A DNA stretch of 64,000 bases from Candidatus Latescibacterota bacterium (GCA_965219385.1 CBDCNM010000002.1:1026639-1090638), one strand, 5' to 3'. Shown: positions 1-9,775, counted from the stretch's first letter. Numbers and translations: made by a program. The notes: generated by a model from the letters alone, not told the origin.

Positions 1-128
1 CGTCCCCTTGGCAAAATTCTTTAGGCTTTTGGAGCAATTGGGACGGGGAGGATCATCCCGGCAATGGTTGGACCGAGACCAGGCAACAGGATTTCATGAA
101 TAAAATCCAGGAAATCCTAACGGAATAG
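1..128 (+). CDS. 3' end of unknown protein family X, copy X1 (partial, runs off window start)
   Basis: Manual translation from nt 3 gives SPWQNSLGFWSNWDGEDHPGNGWTETRQQDFMNKIQEILTE*, matching the C-termini of 8586..9761, 13611..14804 and X4 (WQDSL[AG]FW[NS][RN]W...[FY]M[NT]K[IL]xxILT). Confidence 0.85.
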   Translation, partial: SPWQNSLGFWSNWDGEDHPGNGWTETRQQDFMNKIQEILTE

Positions 129-130
129 TC

Positions 131-1054
131 ATGATAAGGCTCGCAAAGAGGGGTCTCTTGGGGTCCTTTTTTCTCCTGAGCGCGGCCCCGACTGAGGAGC
201 CTCAACCCCCTCTCCTGGAAACGTGGGAAAGCGACAAGTATACCATCCAGGCTCAAGATTGGATCACACCGGCCGGAACAACGCACACGATGCTGTTGGT
301 TCCGGCCGGTCTCTTCTGGAGCGGCTTGGACAAGATCCACTGGGTCGCGATGGCTAGCCAACTTGACTCTACCGGCGCCTTCTGGATCGACAAATATGAG
401 GTGAGTAGTCGGCTATACAATGAGTTCCGGCAAGCAACGGGCCATCGGGCGCCAAGATTCTCTACGTATTGGGGTGGTCCGGAAATATTTTTACAAGACG
501 ATCTACCAGTGATAGGCGTAACCCGGCAAGATGCGATTGATTACTGCACCTGGGCAGGGCTGCGGTTGCCCAGAATCCTGGAATGGAGAAAGTCCGCTCG
601 CGGTACGGACGGACGGCTCTATCCGTGGGGCAACGAAAAGCCTCGCCCCGGCCTGGCCAACTACGGAAAGTACGACGAGGGGGGCTTTGGGTCTTTTGAT
701 CCCGACAGCACAGACGGCTATTTGTATACTGCTCCGGTGGATGCTATGCCCGATGGGGCCTCCCCCTATGGGGCCCTGAATATGGCCGGGAATGTAGCGG
801 AATTGGTTATGGAGGTCTCGTCCACCAGAAGAGGTCGCGCCGCCCGGGCTCTGGGGGGCAACTGGCATACCCCCAAGGTTCTACTTGAACTTGGGAGGAG
901 AGGTTCCATGCCACTCCTTAGAGAGGGGCATGCGCTTATTGACTTCCGTTGTAGAGAGGGGCATGCGAATATCGGCTTCCGTTGCTGCCGGGACGAAGAG
1001 AACACCTCCATCGAACGCAAAAACTGGGGGCAGATCAAACGCCAAGGCAAGTAG
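131..1054 (+). CDS. Secreted formylglycine-generating enzyme (FGE-sulfatase/SUMF1, CLec-fold) domain protein, FGE1
   Basis: Signal-peptide-like N-terminus; family motifs FWIDKYEVS, DAIDYCTWAGLRLP, EWxKxARG, YPWG, SPYGALNMAGNV, GGxW, GFRC; C-terminal SIERKNWGQIK. Confidence 0.9.
   Translation: MIRLAKRGLLGSFFLLSAAPTEEPQPPLLETWESDKYTIQAQDWITPAGTTHTMLLVPAGLFWSGLDKIHWVAMASQLDSTGAFWIDKYEVSSRLYNEFRQATGHRAPRFSTYWGGPEIFLQDDLPVIGVTRQDAIDYCTWAGLRLPRILEWRKSARGTDGRLYPWGNEKPRPGLANYGKYDEGGFGSFDPDSTDGYLYTAPVDAMPDGASPYGALNMAGNVAELVMEVSSTRRGRAARALGGNWHTPKVLLELGRRGSMPLLREGHALIDFRCREGHANIGFRCCRDEENTSIERKNWGQIKRQGK
919..984 (+). repeat. In-frame 33-nt imperfect tandem duplication within FGE1
   Basis: tagagaggggcatgcgcttattgacttccgttg (919-951) vs tagagaggggcatgcgaatatcggcttccgttg (952-984), 4 mismatches; encodes REGHALIDFRC / REGHANIGFRC. 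Confidence 0.9.
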
Positions 1055-1068
1055 ACAGGAGGCCCACC

Positions 1069-2031
1069 ATGCGGATCGGCACACTGTTCTGGATAGTTTT
1101 ACTTTGTGTAGGCTGCGGAGGAGACCGTCCGGTAGGGCCTGTGTCCGGCCCGGCCGCCAAGCCCGCCCAAGGGCAGTCCCACCAGGGTCCTCTCACCTAT
1201 TTTCCCCACAGCGAGGACTGGTTTGGGATACACGCCTGGGGGGTGGCGATTGAGGAGGGCGATGTGGTCCAGGTGCGCTTTTGGGTGGAAGCCGGTATAA
1301 TGGATGTAAATCAGCGGCTGCGCCTTGTACGGATCACCTACACCCATAAAATCTATGGCCCGAGATCGGACGACCCCTGGCAAGATACTACGCCCTTGAT
1401 CCTTGCGGCCGAGCACAAAAGGGAGGACGTAGTACGCTATTTACTGGATCAAGAGGCCGATATCTATGCATATAGTTATTATGGCCGCACCGCATTGATG
1501 GTAGCGGCCTCGGCCGGGTCGTTGCCTATAGTTAAGATGTTGGTGGAACGGGGGGGCCGGATCAAGTATACTGATTTTGGCGGAAAGAATGCCCTGTTTT
1601 TCAGCCTTGGAGGCAAGCCGGGCCAGCTGGCCGTCCTAAAATATTTAGTGTCGGAGGGGGCCGATATCAGCCGGCGCACCAAGCCCAAGCTGCGCATATC
1701 TATGCAGCCGCAGGTGATTATCACTATCACCCCCCTGATGGAGGCCGCTCATTTCAACGGGCCAGAGTCATTGGCCATCATGACCTATCTACTCGAAGGG
1801 GGGGCACGGCCCAACAGACAGAACGAAAACGGCTGGACGGCTCTAATGTCGGCCGCGCACGCAGGACATGAGGACAACGTGCGCCTGCTGGTTTCCTTCG
1901 GTGCCGATGTGAATCTGCGCAACACCCTTGGGCCCTACGGGCGCACCGCCGCAGGCGAAGCCCGCCGGCGCGGCCATGTGGCGATAGCCGACTATCTCGA
2001 CAAGGTAGCCAGTGAAGACTCGTCTTCGTAG
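1069..2031 (+). CDS. Ankyrin-repeat lipoprotein, ANK1
   Basis: AGGAGG before ATG 1069; lipobox LLCVGC; ankyrin repeats (TPLILAA, GRTALMVAA, TPLMEAA, GWTALMSAA, GADVN). Confidence 0.9.
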   Translation: MRIGTLFWIVLLCVGCGGDRPVGPVSGPAAKPAQGQSHQGPLTYFPHSEDWFGIHAWGVAIEEGDVVQVRFWVEAGIMDVNQRLRLVRITYTHKIYGPRSDDPWQDTTPLILAAEHKREDVVRYLLDQEADIYAYSYYGRTALMVAASAGSLPIVKMLVERGGRIKYTDFGGKNALFFSLGGKPGQLAVLKYLVSEGADISRRTKPKLRISMQPQVIITITPLMEAAHFNGPESLAIMTYLLEGGARPNRQNENGWTALMSAAHAGHEDNVRLLVSFGADVNLRNTLGPYGRTAAGEARRRGHVAIADYLDKVASEDSSS

Positions 2032-2123
2032 TATAAAATCAACCGGGAGCCCCCGCCCCATACGGCATACCCCCTCAGATCACCGGAAAATGCCCGTCGC
2101 TATTAGCCCCCCTCACAATCCCC

Positions 2124-2330
2124 TCACACCTCCTTGCAGTACACTGGCAAACGCGCCCGAACGTGTTCCGCCAGGAGAAGGCCCAGGGGCGCGGGCCTGT
2201 TGGCCCGGGTAGTGACGACCTGCGTGAGGGGGCCTGTAGAGCTTGTGATGGTTATTCGGGTGCCACGGAGAGGTTTTTGGGGAGCTTGTTCTTTGGGATG
2301 AAAATAACTAGATTTATACCAAGTAGCCAT
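2124..2330 (-). CDS. Small hypothetical protein downstream of a structured leader
   Basis: GGAG upstream of ATG; preceded by two hairpins and a TTGCAA-17-TATATT promoter-like motif on the minus strand; no recognisable domain. Confidence 0.35.
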   Translation of the reverse strand: MATWYKSSYFHPKEQAPQKPLRGTRITITSSTGPLTQVVTTRANRPAPLGLLLAEHVRARLPVYCKEV

Positions 2331-2600
2331 TGAGGGTCTCCAATCCTGAGCAATGGTGAAGCCCCGTCGCGTCCGTCAAGACGCTAAGGGCTGGAACGGT
2401 CCCGCTTTATCCTACGAGGCAGTAGGACGCAGCGGGACCGGATGTTGCTGTCCTTATAATATAATTATTTTTTTCGCCTCTTGCAATCTCTTCCAATCCC
2501 TCCCAATCCCTTGCATCACACCTGCAAGTGTAATTTGGAATGACCCCATTACCAGTTTTTGGGGTCCACTACACCACATTCTAACGAGGGAGTAATAGAT

Positions 2601-4325
2601 ATGTTTTGTGCAATTATATTCCTCATTCTCTGTGGAACAGTGCAGGGTCAATCATTTTCTTGGTCTCCTGAGGGTAGTCGAATAGCGTACAGTTCAGGGG
2701 GTAGTGAAATTAAAATTCTGGACATAGAAACCCAGCAATCAATTACCTTATGTCCTGGATTTGGTCCGAATTGGTCCCCTACCTCTGAATGGATCGCTTT
2801 CTATGAAGAGACGGAGGACTATAAAGTAATGCTTATTAGACCCAACGGCACCGACCGCCGCATCGTAAGCAAGGGATATTACGCTGTATGGTCTCCTTCT
2901 GGGGAATCCCTAGCATTTTTACGTCACTATAGTCCATTTGAATCAGCTTCCCAAAAATGGGAAACAGTGCTGTACATACTTGATGTAAAGTCTGATTCGC
3001 TGAAGAGAGCACACACCTTCCCAGAAATTTATCAGTATGTAGGACTGAAAAAATGGATAGAAGCTGGTTTCCTGCATGATTATTCCAAAGGACTCGGGAT
3101 GGAAACAAATGAATATGGATGGGCTTTACTAACATTTCCTGGAAAAACCATCCGATCTGCTCCAAACGGAGATTTCTCATGCACAACCAAAAGGATGGCC
3201 TTCTTCACAGGATCAAGAAAGGCAGAAGAGAGCCTATACACATCAACATTATCAGGCGGAAACCGTACCAAAATCTTAGACTTATCAGGTAGATACCCTT
3301 CCTGGTCTCCAAACGGGGAGAAGATAGCTTTTTCAGCTAAAACAGACTCCAACCTACTTTATGATCCCCTAATAAATCCCGATATATTCATAATAAATGA
3401 TGACGGCTCCAATATTCAACGAGCAACCAACCATCCAGCCTCCGACTACAGACCAATCTGGAGTCCAGACGGAGAGAAAATAGCTTTTTTGTCAACTCGG
3501 AACGGATCAGAGAAATGGCCAAAATTAATGCTTCTGGACCCAAAAGGACCTTTTGAAGATACAAAACTTAACCCCTTCTATCCCTGGGAACCGGATACCT
3601 ATACCATCCGTGAAAGGGTGTGGGAAACTCCCAAGGGGACAAGACATGTTCAGGTTTTTGTACCAGAAGGTGATTTTCTGATCGAGGGAGAATCCAAGGG
3701 AACACCTTTCGAGTCAGCCTACACAGGAGATTTCTGGATTGACAAGTATGAAGTAAGCAACGCATTGTATGAGGAGTTCCGTAAAGATACAGGGCACAGG
3801 GAGCAAACTCTTCCAGAAGAGTTTTTAAAGCCTGATCTTCCTGCGGTAGGCGTGTCATGGCAAGATGCCATTGATTATTGCACATGGGCGGGGCTTAGGC
3901 TGCCTACGGCATTGGAATGGGAAAAGGCTGCTCGGGGGACGGATGGTAGGATTTATCCGTGGGGGAATAACTATCCCCGAAAAGAGCTTGCAAACCACGG
4001 AAGTGATACCGATGCGGGATTTGATGAATCTGACGGGTTCAAATATGCTGCTCCTGTGGATTCACACCATAGAGGGGCTTCACCCTACGGGGCGCTAAAT
4101 ATGGCGGGGAATGCATATGAATGGGTTCAGGACTTGTCCCAGGATAATAGGGCAACTATAAAGGGAGGGGGTTGGCGCTCAGAGAGATTATTCCTCAAAA
4201 CTACTCGATACGCGAATCCACGGAAAGAAGGAACTTCCGCAAGTTTGGGGTTTAGGTGTGCGGGGGATGGAGGGGAGCCGACCAATGTGCTGCTGCGAAG
4301 TTGGGGTGAAATTAAACATCAATAA
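2601..4325 (+). CDS. Secreted TolB-like (PD40 beta-propeller) + FGE-sulfatase fusion protein
   Basis: Hydrophobic signal from ATG 2601; repeated WSPxG-xIAF motifs; C-terminal FGE domain (FWIDKYEVSN, EWEKAARG, SPYGALNMAGN, GFRC); ends NVLLRSWGEIKHQ; visibly more AT-rich than flanks. Confidence 0.9.
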   Translation: MFCAIIFLILCGTVQGQSFSWSPEGSRIAYSSGGSEIKILDIETQQSITLCPGFGPNWSPTSEWIAFYEETEDYKVMLIRPNGTDRRIVSKGYYAVWSPSGESLAFLRHYSPFESASQKWETVLYILDVKSDSLKRAHTFPEIYQYVGLKKWIEAGFLHDYSKGLGMETNEYGWALLTFPGKTIRSAPNGDFSCTTKRMAFFTGSRKAEESLYTSTLSGGNRTKILDLSGRYPSWSPNGEKIAFSAKTDSNLLYDPLINPDIFIINDDGSNIQRATNHPASDYRPIWSPDGEKIAFLSTRNGSEKWPKLMLLDPKGPFEDTKLNPFYPWEPDTYTIRERVWETPKGTRHVQVFVPEGDFLIEGESKGTPFESAYTGDFWIDKYEVSNALYEEFRKDTGHREQTLPEEFLKPDLPAVGVSWQDAIDYCTWAGLRLPTALEWEKAARGTDGRIYPWGNNYPRKELANHGSDTDAGFDESDGFKYAAPVDSHHRGASPYGALNMAGNAYEWVQDLSQDNRATIKGGGWRSERLFLKTTRYANPRKEGTSASLGFRCAGDGGEPTNVLLRSWGEIKHQ

Positions 4326-4396
4326 GAGCCAGAGGCTTGACCTTTATCACCAACCATAACCAGCTTCCTTGTTTCGGAATTTCTTAGTTTAAGGTC

Positions 4397-4425
4397 TTGA
4401 CATCCCCCTCAGGATAGGGTATATT
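4397..4425 (+). promoter_or_regulatory. Sigma70-like promoter
   Basis: TTGACA (4397-4402), 17-nt spacer, TATATT (4420-4425), upstream of the 4607 gene. Confidence 0.6.
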
Positions 4426-4606
4426 GGGAGCGTTCATCATGCTACAGGCCCCTGTTGTCGGGTCGCCTGTTGAATATGAGAGCCCGCTTTATGGGTGATG
4501 GGTCGCTCCCGGAGCCAGGGTAAATAGACAGGGCCTTGACGCATTTCTGTGTGCATGGTGGACACGGCCCGGCGCCCAGTAAATGGGCGCCACCTTCCAC
4601 CTCTTC

Positions 4607-5960
4607 AGCCAGGAGATGCGTCCCCATGCGTGTCCTCGTATCTTTTATATGTCCTCTCATTTTGCTTTGGTCGTGTCAGCCGGACCGGGCCGGCCCCATC
4701 GGTCCCGATCCAGTCAACGAGGAGGCCCCCGCGGCCAAATTCGTGGTCACGGCCAGCGTCTCGCCCGACCCGGCGTATACCGACTTTACCCCGTTCGGCA
4801 CGTGGAAACCCTTTCACGTGTCGGCCAACCTGCCCGACCTGAATATCCTCTGGGTGGTGGTCAACCCTGTTGATCTGGCCAACGACCGGGTACTGGAAAT
4901 TGCCCCGATTGCACCACAGGCCGATTATTGAGCCAATGGCGCCGAGTGGTCCGACGCCCCAATGATCCGGACCAGCCAGACGCTGCATCTAGCCGCTTGT
5001 CAGGCGGGCACGGCCTGGCTGGTGATCGAGACCGATTCCGGGGTGCGGATCGACACGGTCTCGTTTTCAGTAACCGAACAAGACCTCCTTCCGCCGTTCA
5101 ATATTGAACTGGTGTTTTTGGACCCGTTTACATCCACGCAAAAAGCCCACTTTGAACAAGCCGCCGCGGTCTGGGAGGCGATTATCGAGACGGATATACC
5201 GGATCACCAGGTGGACTTCGATAGCCGGAACTACCCGGATTGGTGGGCCGGCCGAAGAGCGTATCTGGGCGAGCTTGACGTACAGGGCCTGGTGGACGAC
5301 CTGCGCGTTTTGTGTACCCTCTTCCCGATGATATAGACGCGTGGGGCCAGGGCGGTGCCTTCTGGGTCAGAGGGGACTCAAATTTACCCATCCTGAGTAG
5401 CTTAGGGATCGCCCCGGCCTTGTTCGAGCCGCCTTTTTCGGACGAAGGCCCTCTGGAATCGACGATCCTGCACGAACTGGGCCATTGCCTCGGCTTTGCG
5501 GATTGGATGTGGAACCGGTTGGACCTTCTTCACCTCGCCTCCCAGGATAGCCTCACCAACGACACCTACTTTAGCGGGGCCCAGGCCCAGGCCGCCTTCA
5601 ACCGGGCCGGAGGCTGGACCTACACGGGCCACAAGGTACCGGTCGAGAACCAGGGGGACGATAACCATTGGCGCGAGACGATCTTCGGCGCAGAGTTGAT
5701 GAGCCCAGAGGGGTGGTACAGGGAGCGGGAGCCTCTCAGTGCTATTACGATCCAATCGTTAGCCGACATCGGCTACCAGGTGGACGTGCGCCGGGCCGAG
5801 GCCTACACACTACCGCCCCCTTGGGCGGCCACGGGTTTGGCCGCCCAAGGGGGCGGTAGTGGTGCCAGGTCGAGCCGGCGCCGCTGGGGCACACACCCTA
5901 GAAACTCTTTAGTGATCGACGAGGACGGCCGGGTTGAGCCGGGTCTGGCCCAAGGTGAAC
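4607..5960 (+). pseudogene. Leishmanolysin-like (M8/metzincin) zinc metallopeptidase lipoprotein, disrupted
   Basis: Lipobox LLWSC; HELGH zinc motif, downstream HW and ELM Met-turn, PLSAITIQSLADIGYxVD; in-frame TGA at 4929-4931 and a frameshift near 5320; 3' end approximate. Confidence 0.8.
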
Positions 5961-6093
5961 GAGGGGTCGTCCCTACACCCTGCCGAGCCCGGCCGCCGCG
6001 CCCCCAGCGCGTGGCCTCGACCGGCCGGCCCTTGGGCCACCTCCTCGGGCCGCCGAAGTGGGCCGGACCCTAGCCGGGCTAGGCCAGGGCCCT

Positions 6094-6987
6094 TTATTCA
6101 TCGACCCCCAGCGCCAGCTGTACTGCGTCATGCTTGGGAAGGGCTCGTTCCAATAACCGCATAAATCCATCCCAATTTGAGGAAGCCCGCATCAAGGCTA
6201 TGACGGCCGCCAGGTGTTCTTTGAGTCTGGGGTGGCCCAGGTCGGGCGTGAACCACTGATGGGCCTTTCGATGGCCTTTTTCGGTAGGGGGATTGATGCG
6301 CCTGAGCTCGTCTAAAAGGCCGGGTGCGAGTCGCTCATAGACCAGACCATTCGTGTAGTGTCCAATCACGGAGGGCCGTTTTGCACCTTGAGGGCCGGGC
6401 CAACTCTTGAGACGGAAAATCTCGACGTAGAATTCATACGGAAAAGTTTTCGTCCAGGGCTGAAGCTCTTCGGCGATAAACTTCTCCAAGATGGTCGCTA
6501 ATGCATTTCGAGCTCGGATTTCTTGATACCCCGTCGCTTCATCTACCAAGGCGATCACGCCAACCGTAGCCAGACCACGAATCAAGATTCCGGCCTGCTC
6601 TGCAATATGTAGTTGTGAAGGCATCAATGCGCCCGCATCACGGGCCTTGAGGTAAACTTCACATACTTGAGGCAGCAGTGTAGCTCGATAGCCAATAGCC
6701 AGACTTCCTCCGCTTATAGCTTGGAATTGAATGGGAGTGAAAGCGCTGATTAAGTCATTGTTTATAAAGGGCTTTAATCCTTTAAGACGCAAAAAAGACG
6801 GTAGATTAAAGACCTCATCATGTCCTGTGTGAGGTCTACCTTTTCGCCCCAATGCTTTCATAAAACCCGATGCGACTAAAACACGCTCTTCGTTCTCCAG
6901 GACGTAGCAGGGAATCTCAATGTCACTGATTATCACGGGCCTATCCGGTGCGCCCGCAATGACTTTCAGGGGTTTTTGCTCGCTCAT
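6094..6987 (-). CDS. P63C domain protein, probable passenger gene of the IS1595-like element
   Basis: EIPCYVLE...VG(V)IALVDEATGYQ..R.AL..ILEKFIAEELQPWTKTFPxEFY..IFRL pattern; ATGA overlap with the transposase stop. Confidence 0.8.
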   Translation of the reverse strand: MSEQKPLKVIAGAPDRPVIISDIEIPCYVLENEERVLVASGFMKALGRKGRPHTGHDEVFNLPSFLRLKGLKPFINNDLISAFTPIQFQAISGGSLAIGYRATLLPQVCEVYLKARDAGALMPSQLHIAEQAGILIRGLATVGVIALVDEATGYQEIRARNALATILEKFIAEELQPWTKTFPYEFYVEIFRLKSWPGPQGAKRPSVIGHYTNGLVYERLAPGLLDELRRINPPTEKGHRKAHQWFTPDLGHPRLKEHLAAVIALMRASSNWDGFMRLLERALPKHDAVQLALGVDE

Positions 6988-7868
6988 ATCGCTACCCCCA
7001 ATCCCCGGTTGAGGGTACGCGCAAAGGCGATCTGGCGGTCCGTATCGCGCAGATTGTAGCGGAAACAGAACTCGTCCACATACCGCTGTAGCCACTTGCG
7101 GCTCACCCAATGAAACTGACCGAACAGGCCGCGCTTGAGCAACGCCCAGAAGCCTTCAATGGTGTTGGTGTGGATGTCGCCGTCTACATACCACTCGTGA
7201 TGCTTGATAACCGCATGCGGCAGGACCTTGGACATACCCAAATAGGCTTTGTACTCATCCGTGATGAGTTTGGTCTGCTCGGTATCGACGTGCTGGCGAA
7301 CAAAGGCACGCATATGCGACCCTTTCATGTTCTCTTTGGACGTGGCTTGAGCCACCACCTTCCCGCCCCGCTCGGTTGCACCCAGGACCGGCGGCTTATC
7401 CGTACCCCGGCCGCGTGTCCTCTCTTTCCCGTCTGGGGGGCGTGTACCCTTGCGCGGCCGGCCTCCCACATAGGTCTCATCCATCTCGACAATGCCCGTG
7501 AGCAGGCCACGTTGGTTTTTCTGGGCCATAGCCTTGCGGACTTGCATGGCAATCCGCCAAGCGGTATTTTTGTTCACGTCCAGATCGCGCGACAACTGCA
7601 AGGCCGATAGGCCCTTTTTGGCATTGAGCATCAACATGATAGCCAGAAACCACTTTTGCAGGGGCATGTGGGTGTGATGGAAGATGGTGCCGACCGTTAC
7701 AGAGAAAGAGGTCTTGCAGGTATAGCAACGATGACGGTGCTGGTTGGTGGCGGTGCGGGTAGACGCGCAATAAGGACACGTTGGCGTGTCCGCCCAGCGC
7801 GCCTTTTCCAGGTGGGCAATACAATCTTGCTGCGTAGGGAACTGCTTGAAAATCTGGACAATATCCAT
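6984..7868 (-). mobile_element. IS1595 family (ISXO2-like) DDE transposase
   Basis: N-terminal CPxC...CxxC zinc ribbon, FSVTVGTIFH, VEMDETYVGG, LITDE, HTNTIEGFW, LQRYVDEFCFRYN; element ends not identified. Confidence 0.92.
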
Positions 7869-7972
7869 GACAACCCTCCGGTTAAAATGTAAATTCTACG
7901 ATAGAATGTACTATAAACCAAAGAGATTGTCAAGACCTTAAACTAAGAAATTCCGAGGAAGAAAGTGCGAAA

Positions 7973-8260
7973 GTGGACAGGAAAGACCTGGACTTCGTAC
8001 TACTTCGTACTACCATAAGAAGGAACCTGCATACCGGTCAGACCCTAAAGAAATTATGGGTAGAAGCAATAAAAGCACGGGCTAAAGAAAGAAATATCCG
8101 CCACAACGACAGCCTCAAGCGTGCACTAAAAAATGATCGTAAATGCAGTGTAGAAGAAGTTGACGGAGAGATCGCTAAGATAATCGGGGTTCGTCAATCT
8201 ACATACCCAAAAAGGGATAGACTTCCAAGAAACACCAGAAACACCATACTATATTTATAG
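7973..8260 (+). CDS. Small basic hypothetical protein
   Basis: ORF track only; AT-rich, GAGG upstream; no motif. Confidence 0.3.
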   Translation: MDRKDLDFVLLRTTIRRNLHTGQTLKKLWVEAIKARAKERNIRHNDSLKRALKNDRKCSVEEVDGEIAKIIGVRQSTYPKRDRLPRNTRNTILYL

Positions 8261-8314
8261 AACACAGAAGTATCGCATCCGTTTTGCCTGCCTCAGGCTT
8301 AGTACTTTTAGTAC

Positions 8315-8583
8315 TAATATATCCGAAATCCCCCCGTTTCTCCGCAGTATAAGCAGTTAAACAGTCCATTATTCGCCTTCCTTAGGTAGAATAAAAAGAA
8401 AAAATTGTTAGAGTAAAAGCAATTAAAAACAACATCTTAGAAACCAAAAGAGGAAATAAATAGTCTAAATTCCTAGAAAAATGTTGACTTCATAGAAAAA
8501 AATTAGTACGTTCTCCCTTCGAGCTTCTAAAATGAGAAGGCTCATTCGGAGCTTTCTCAAAACCACCTCAAAGGGGGAAGTCA
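8315..8583 (+). repeat. Duplicated promoter/leader block upstream of X genes, copy 1
   Basis: Aligns by eye with 13183..13451, including near-identical tctaaattcctagaaaaatgttgacttcatag...tagtacgttctcccttcgagcttctaaaa. Confidence 0.9.
8484..8512 (+). promoter_or_regulatory. Sigma70-like promoter of X2
   Basis: TTGACT-17nt-TACGTT, conserved at 13351..13379. Confidence 0.65.
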
Positions 8584-8585
8584 TT

Positions 8586-9761
8586 ATGAAGTTATTTTAT
8601 GGTCGCAAAGTGTTGGTGGATCTTGGAATCCGCAATATTACAGAATATGGATTCGACACGTTCCAGATAGGGCCTTTTTACTCAGGGGGTACCATTAGCA
8701 AGTTCAACGAAATTATGGAGGGAGTCAAAGAAAACGAAGATGACGGGGTTGATGAATTCTTTGTGCCAAACGCAAATTTTTTGATAGCCCTGGGCTTTTC
8801 GGGACGGGGAGGCCACGGGACCAATGAACATGTATATCCAAACGGGCATCCTGGGTCAAATCCTATCAATGGCATTGGGTCCATTGAGCGGGAATGCTGG
8901 CACGACAACCCCAACCATGCGTTTTACACGAGCTTTCGGACTCTATTCAACGCGATATCCGAAGAGTACGAAAGCCGCTTCAAGGGAGTGCGGTGGAATC
9001 ACGAGATACAGCCGTGGCGTTTCAAGCTCGGTTCGGCATGGGAAACTTACGCCAACGAACATTGCGCCTCGGCCTGGGCCGGCTGCCAGGGAGAGGATGG
9101 GTCTCAAGTTTGGGGAAACTGGCTAAGGGGGCTAGCCCTAGGAACATTAGAGGAAAACGAGGCTTATGAAGGTACAGCAGGCAGTCCGTGGAACGGGTCG
9201 GAGTACCAAAACTGCCGGACGGTTTACCGTCACCTGGTCAATTTCCAATGCCAAGTCCAGAAAAAGGTGATCGGCCATTTGTCGAACAAAATCCAAAGCG
9301 TTTCAAGTTCACTGAAGTTTATGGTATACCCGCCACAATATTACTCGCCGACATACGCCCACTCCGAATATACCCTGGATTTGGATGGATACAGAAAGCC
9401 GAACATCATATGGGAATTGGGAACCCGTGACCTGATTGCACATACGGACGACCTCCGCAACGTCTGGGCCGATAAGGCAGCAAGCCAGGAAACCCCGCAG
9501 GATTACTATTTCGTCTTGCAGCAAATGAACCCATTCCCTTCAGACCCCACACATCCTGATTCCTTAACCAAACGGCTTGAGCGCCTTGAAGTAACCTTGG
9601 ATAACATGCGCAATCCAGAAACGTCGCCCGATACGGCCGCCTGGCAAGACAGCCTGGCCTTTTGGAACAGGTGGCGTCCTGACGGGCCACCACCTTGGAA
9701 TGATTGGACCAAAGAGCAGCAAAGGGAGTACATGAACAAGCTCAAGTGCATTTTGACCTGA
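8586..9761 (+). CDS. Unknown protein family X, copy X2 (putative divergent GH-A-like TIM barrel)
   Basis: Start at MKLFYGRK shared with X3; conserved YGFDTFQIG, GVRWNHE(I/V)QPW, AHSEYTLDL, NI(I/V)WE, SLAFWNRW. Confidence 0.85.
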   Translation: MKLFYGRKVLVDLGIRNITEYGFDTFQIGPFYSGGTISKFNEIMEGVKENEDDGVDEFFVPNANFLIALGFSGRGGHGTNEHVYPNGHPGSNPINGIGSIERECWHDNPNHAFYTSFRTLFNAISEEYESRFKGVRWNHEIQPWRFKLGSAWETYANEHCASAWAGCQGEDGSQVWGNWLRGLALGTLEENEAYEGTAGSPWNGSEYQNCRTVYRHLVNFQCQVQKKVIGHLSNKIQSVSSSLKFMVYPPQYYSPTYAHSEYTLDLDGYRKPNIIWELGTRDLIAHTDDLRNVWADKAASQETPQDYYFVLQQMNPFPSDPTHPDSLTKRLERLEVTLDNMRNPETSPDTAAWQDSLAFWNRWRPDGPPPWNDWTKEQQREYMNKLKCILT

Positions 9762-9775
9762 GCAAGGAACAGCAT

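Noticed and set aside
4929..4931. In-frame TGA as selenocysteine or recoding
   Set aside because: The same gene has an independent frameshift, and neighbouring genes use TGA as stop; simple decay is more likely.
8290..8325. Terminal inverted repeat of the IS1595 element (ttagtacttttagtactaa palindrome)
   Set aside because: No matching counterpart was found beyond the P63C gene, and the segment runs into the duplicated X leader.
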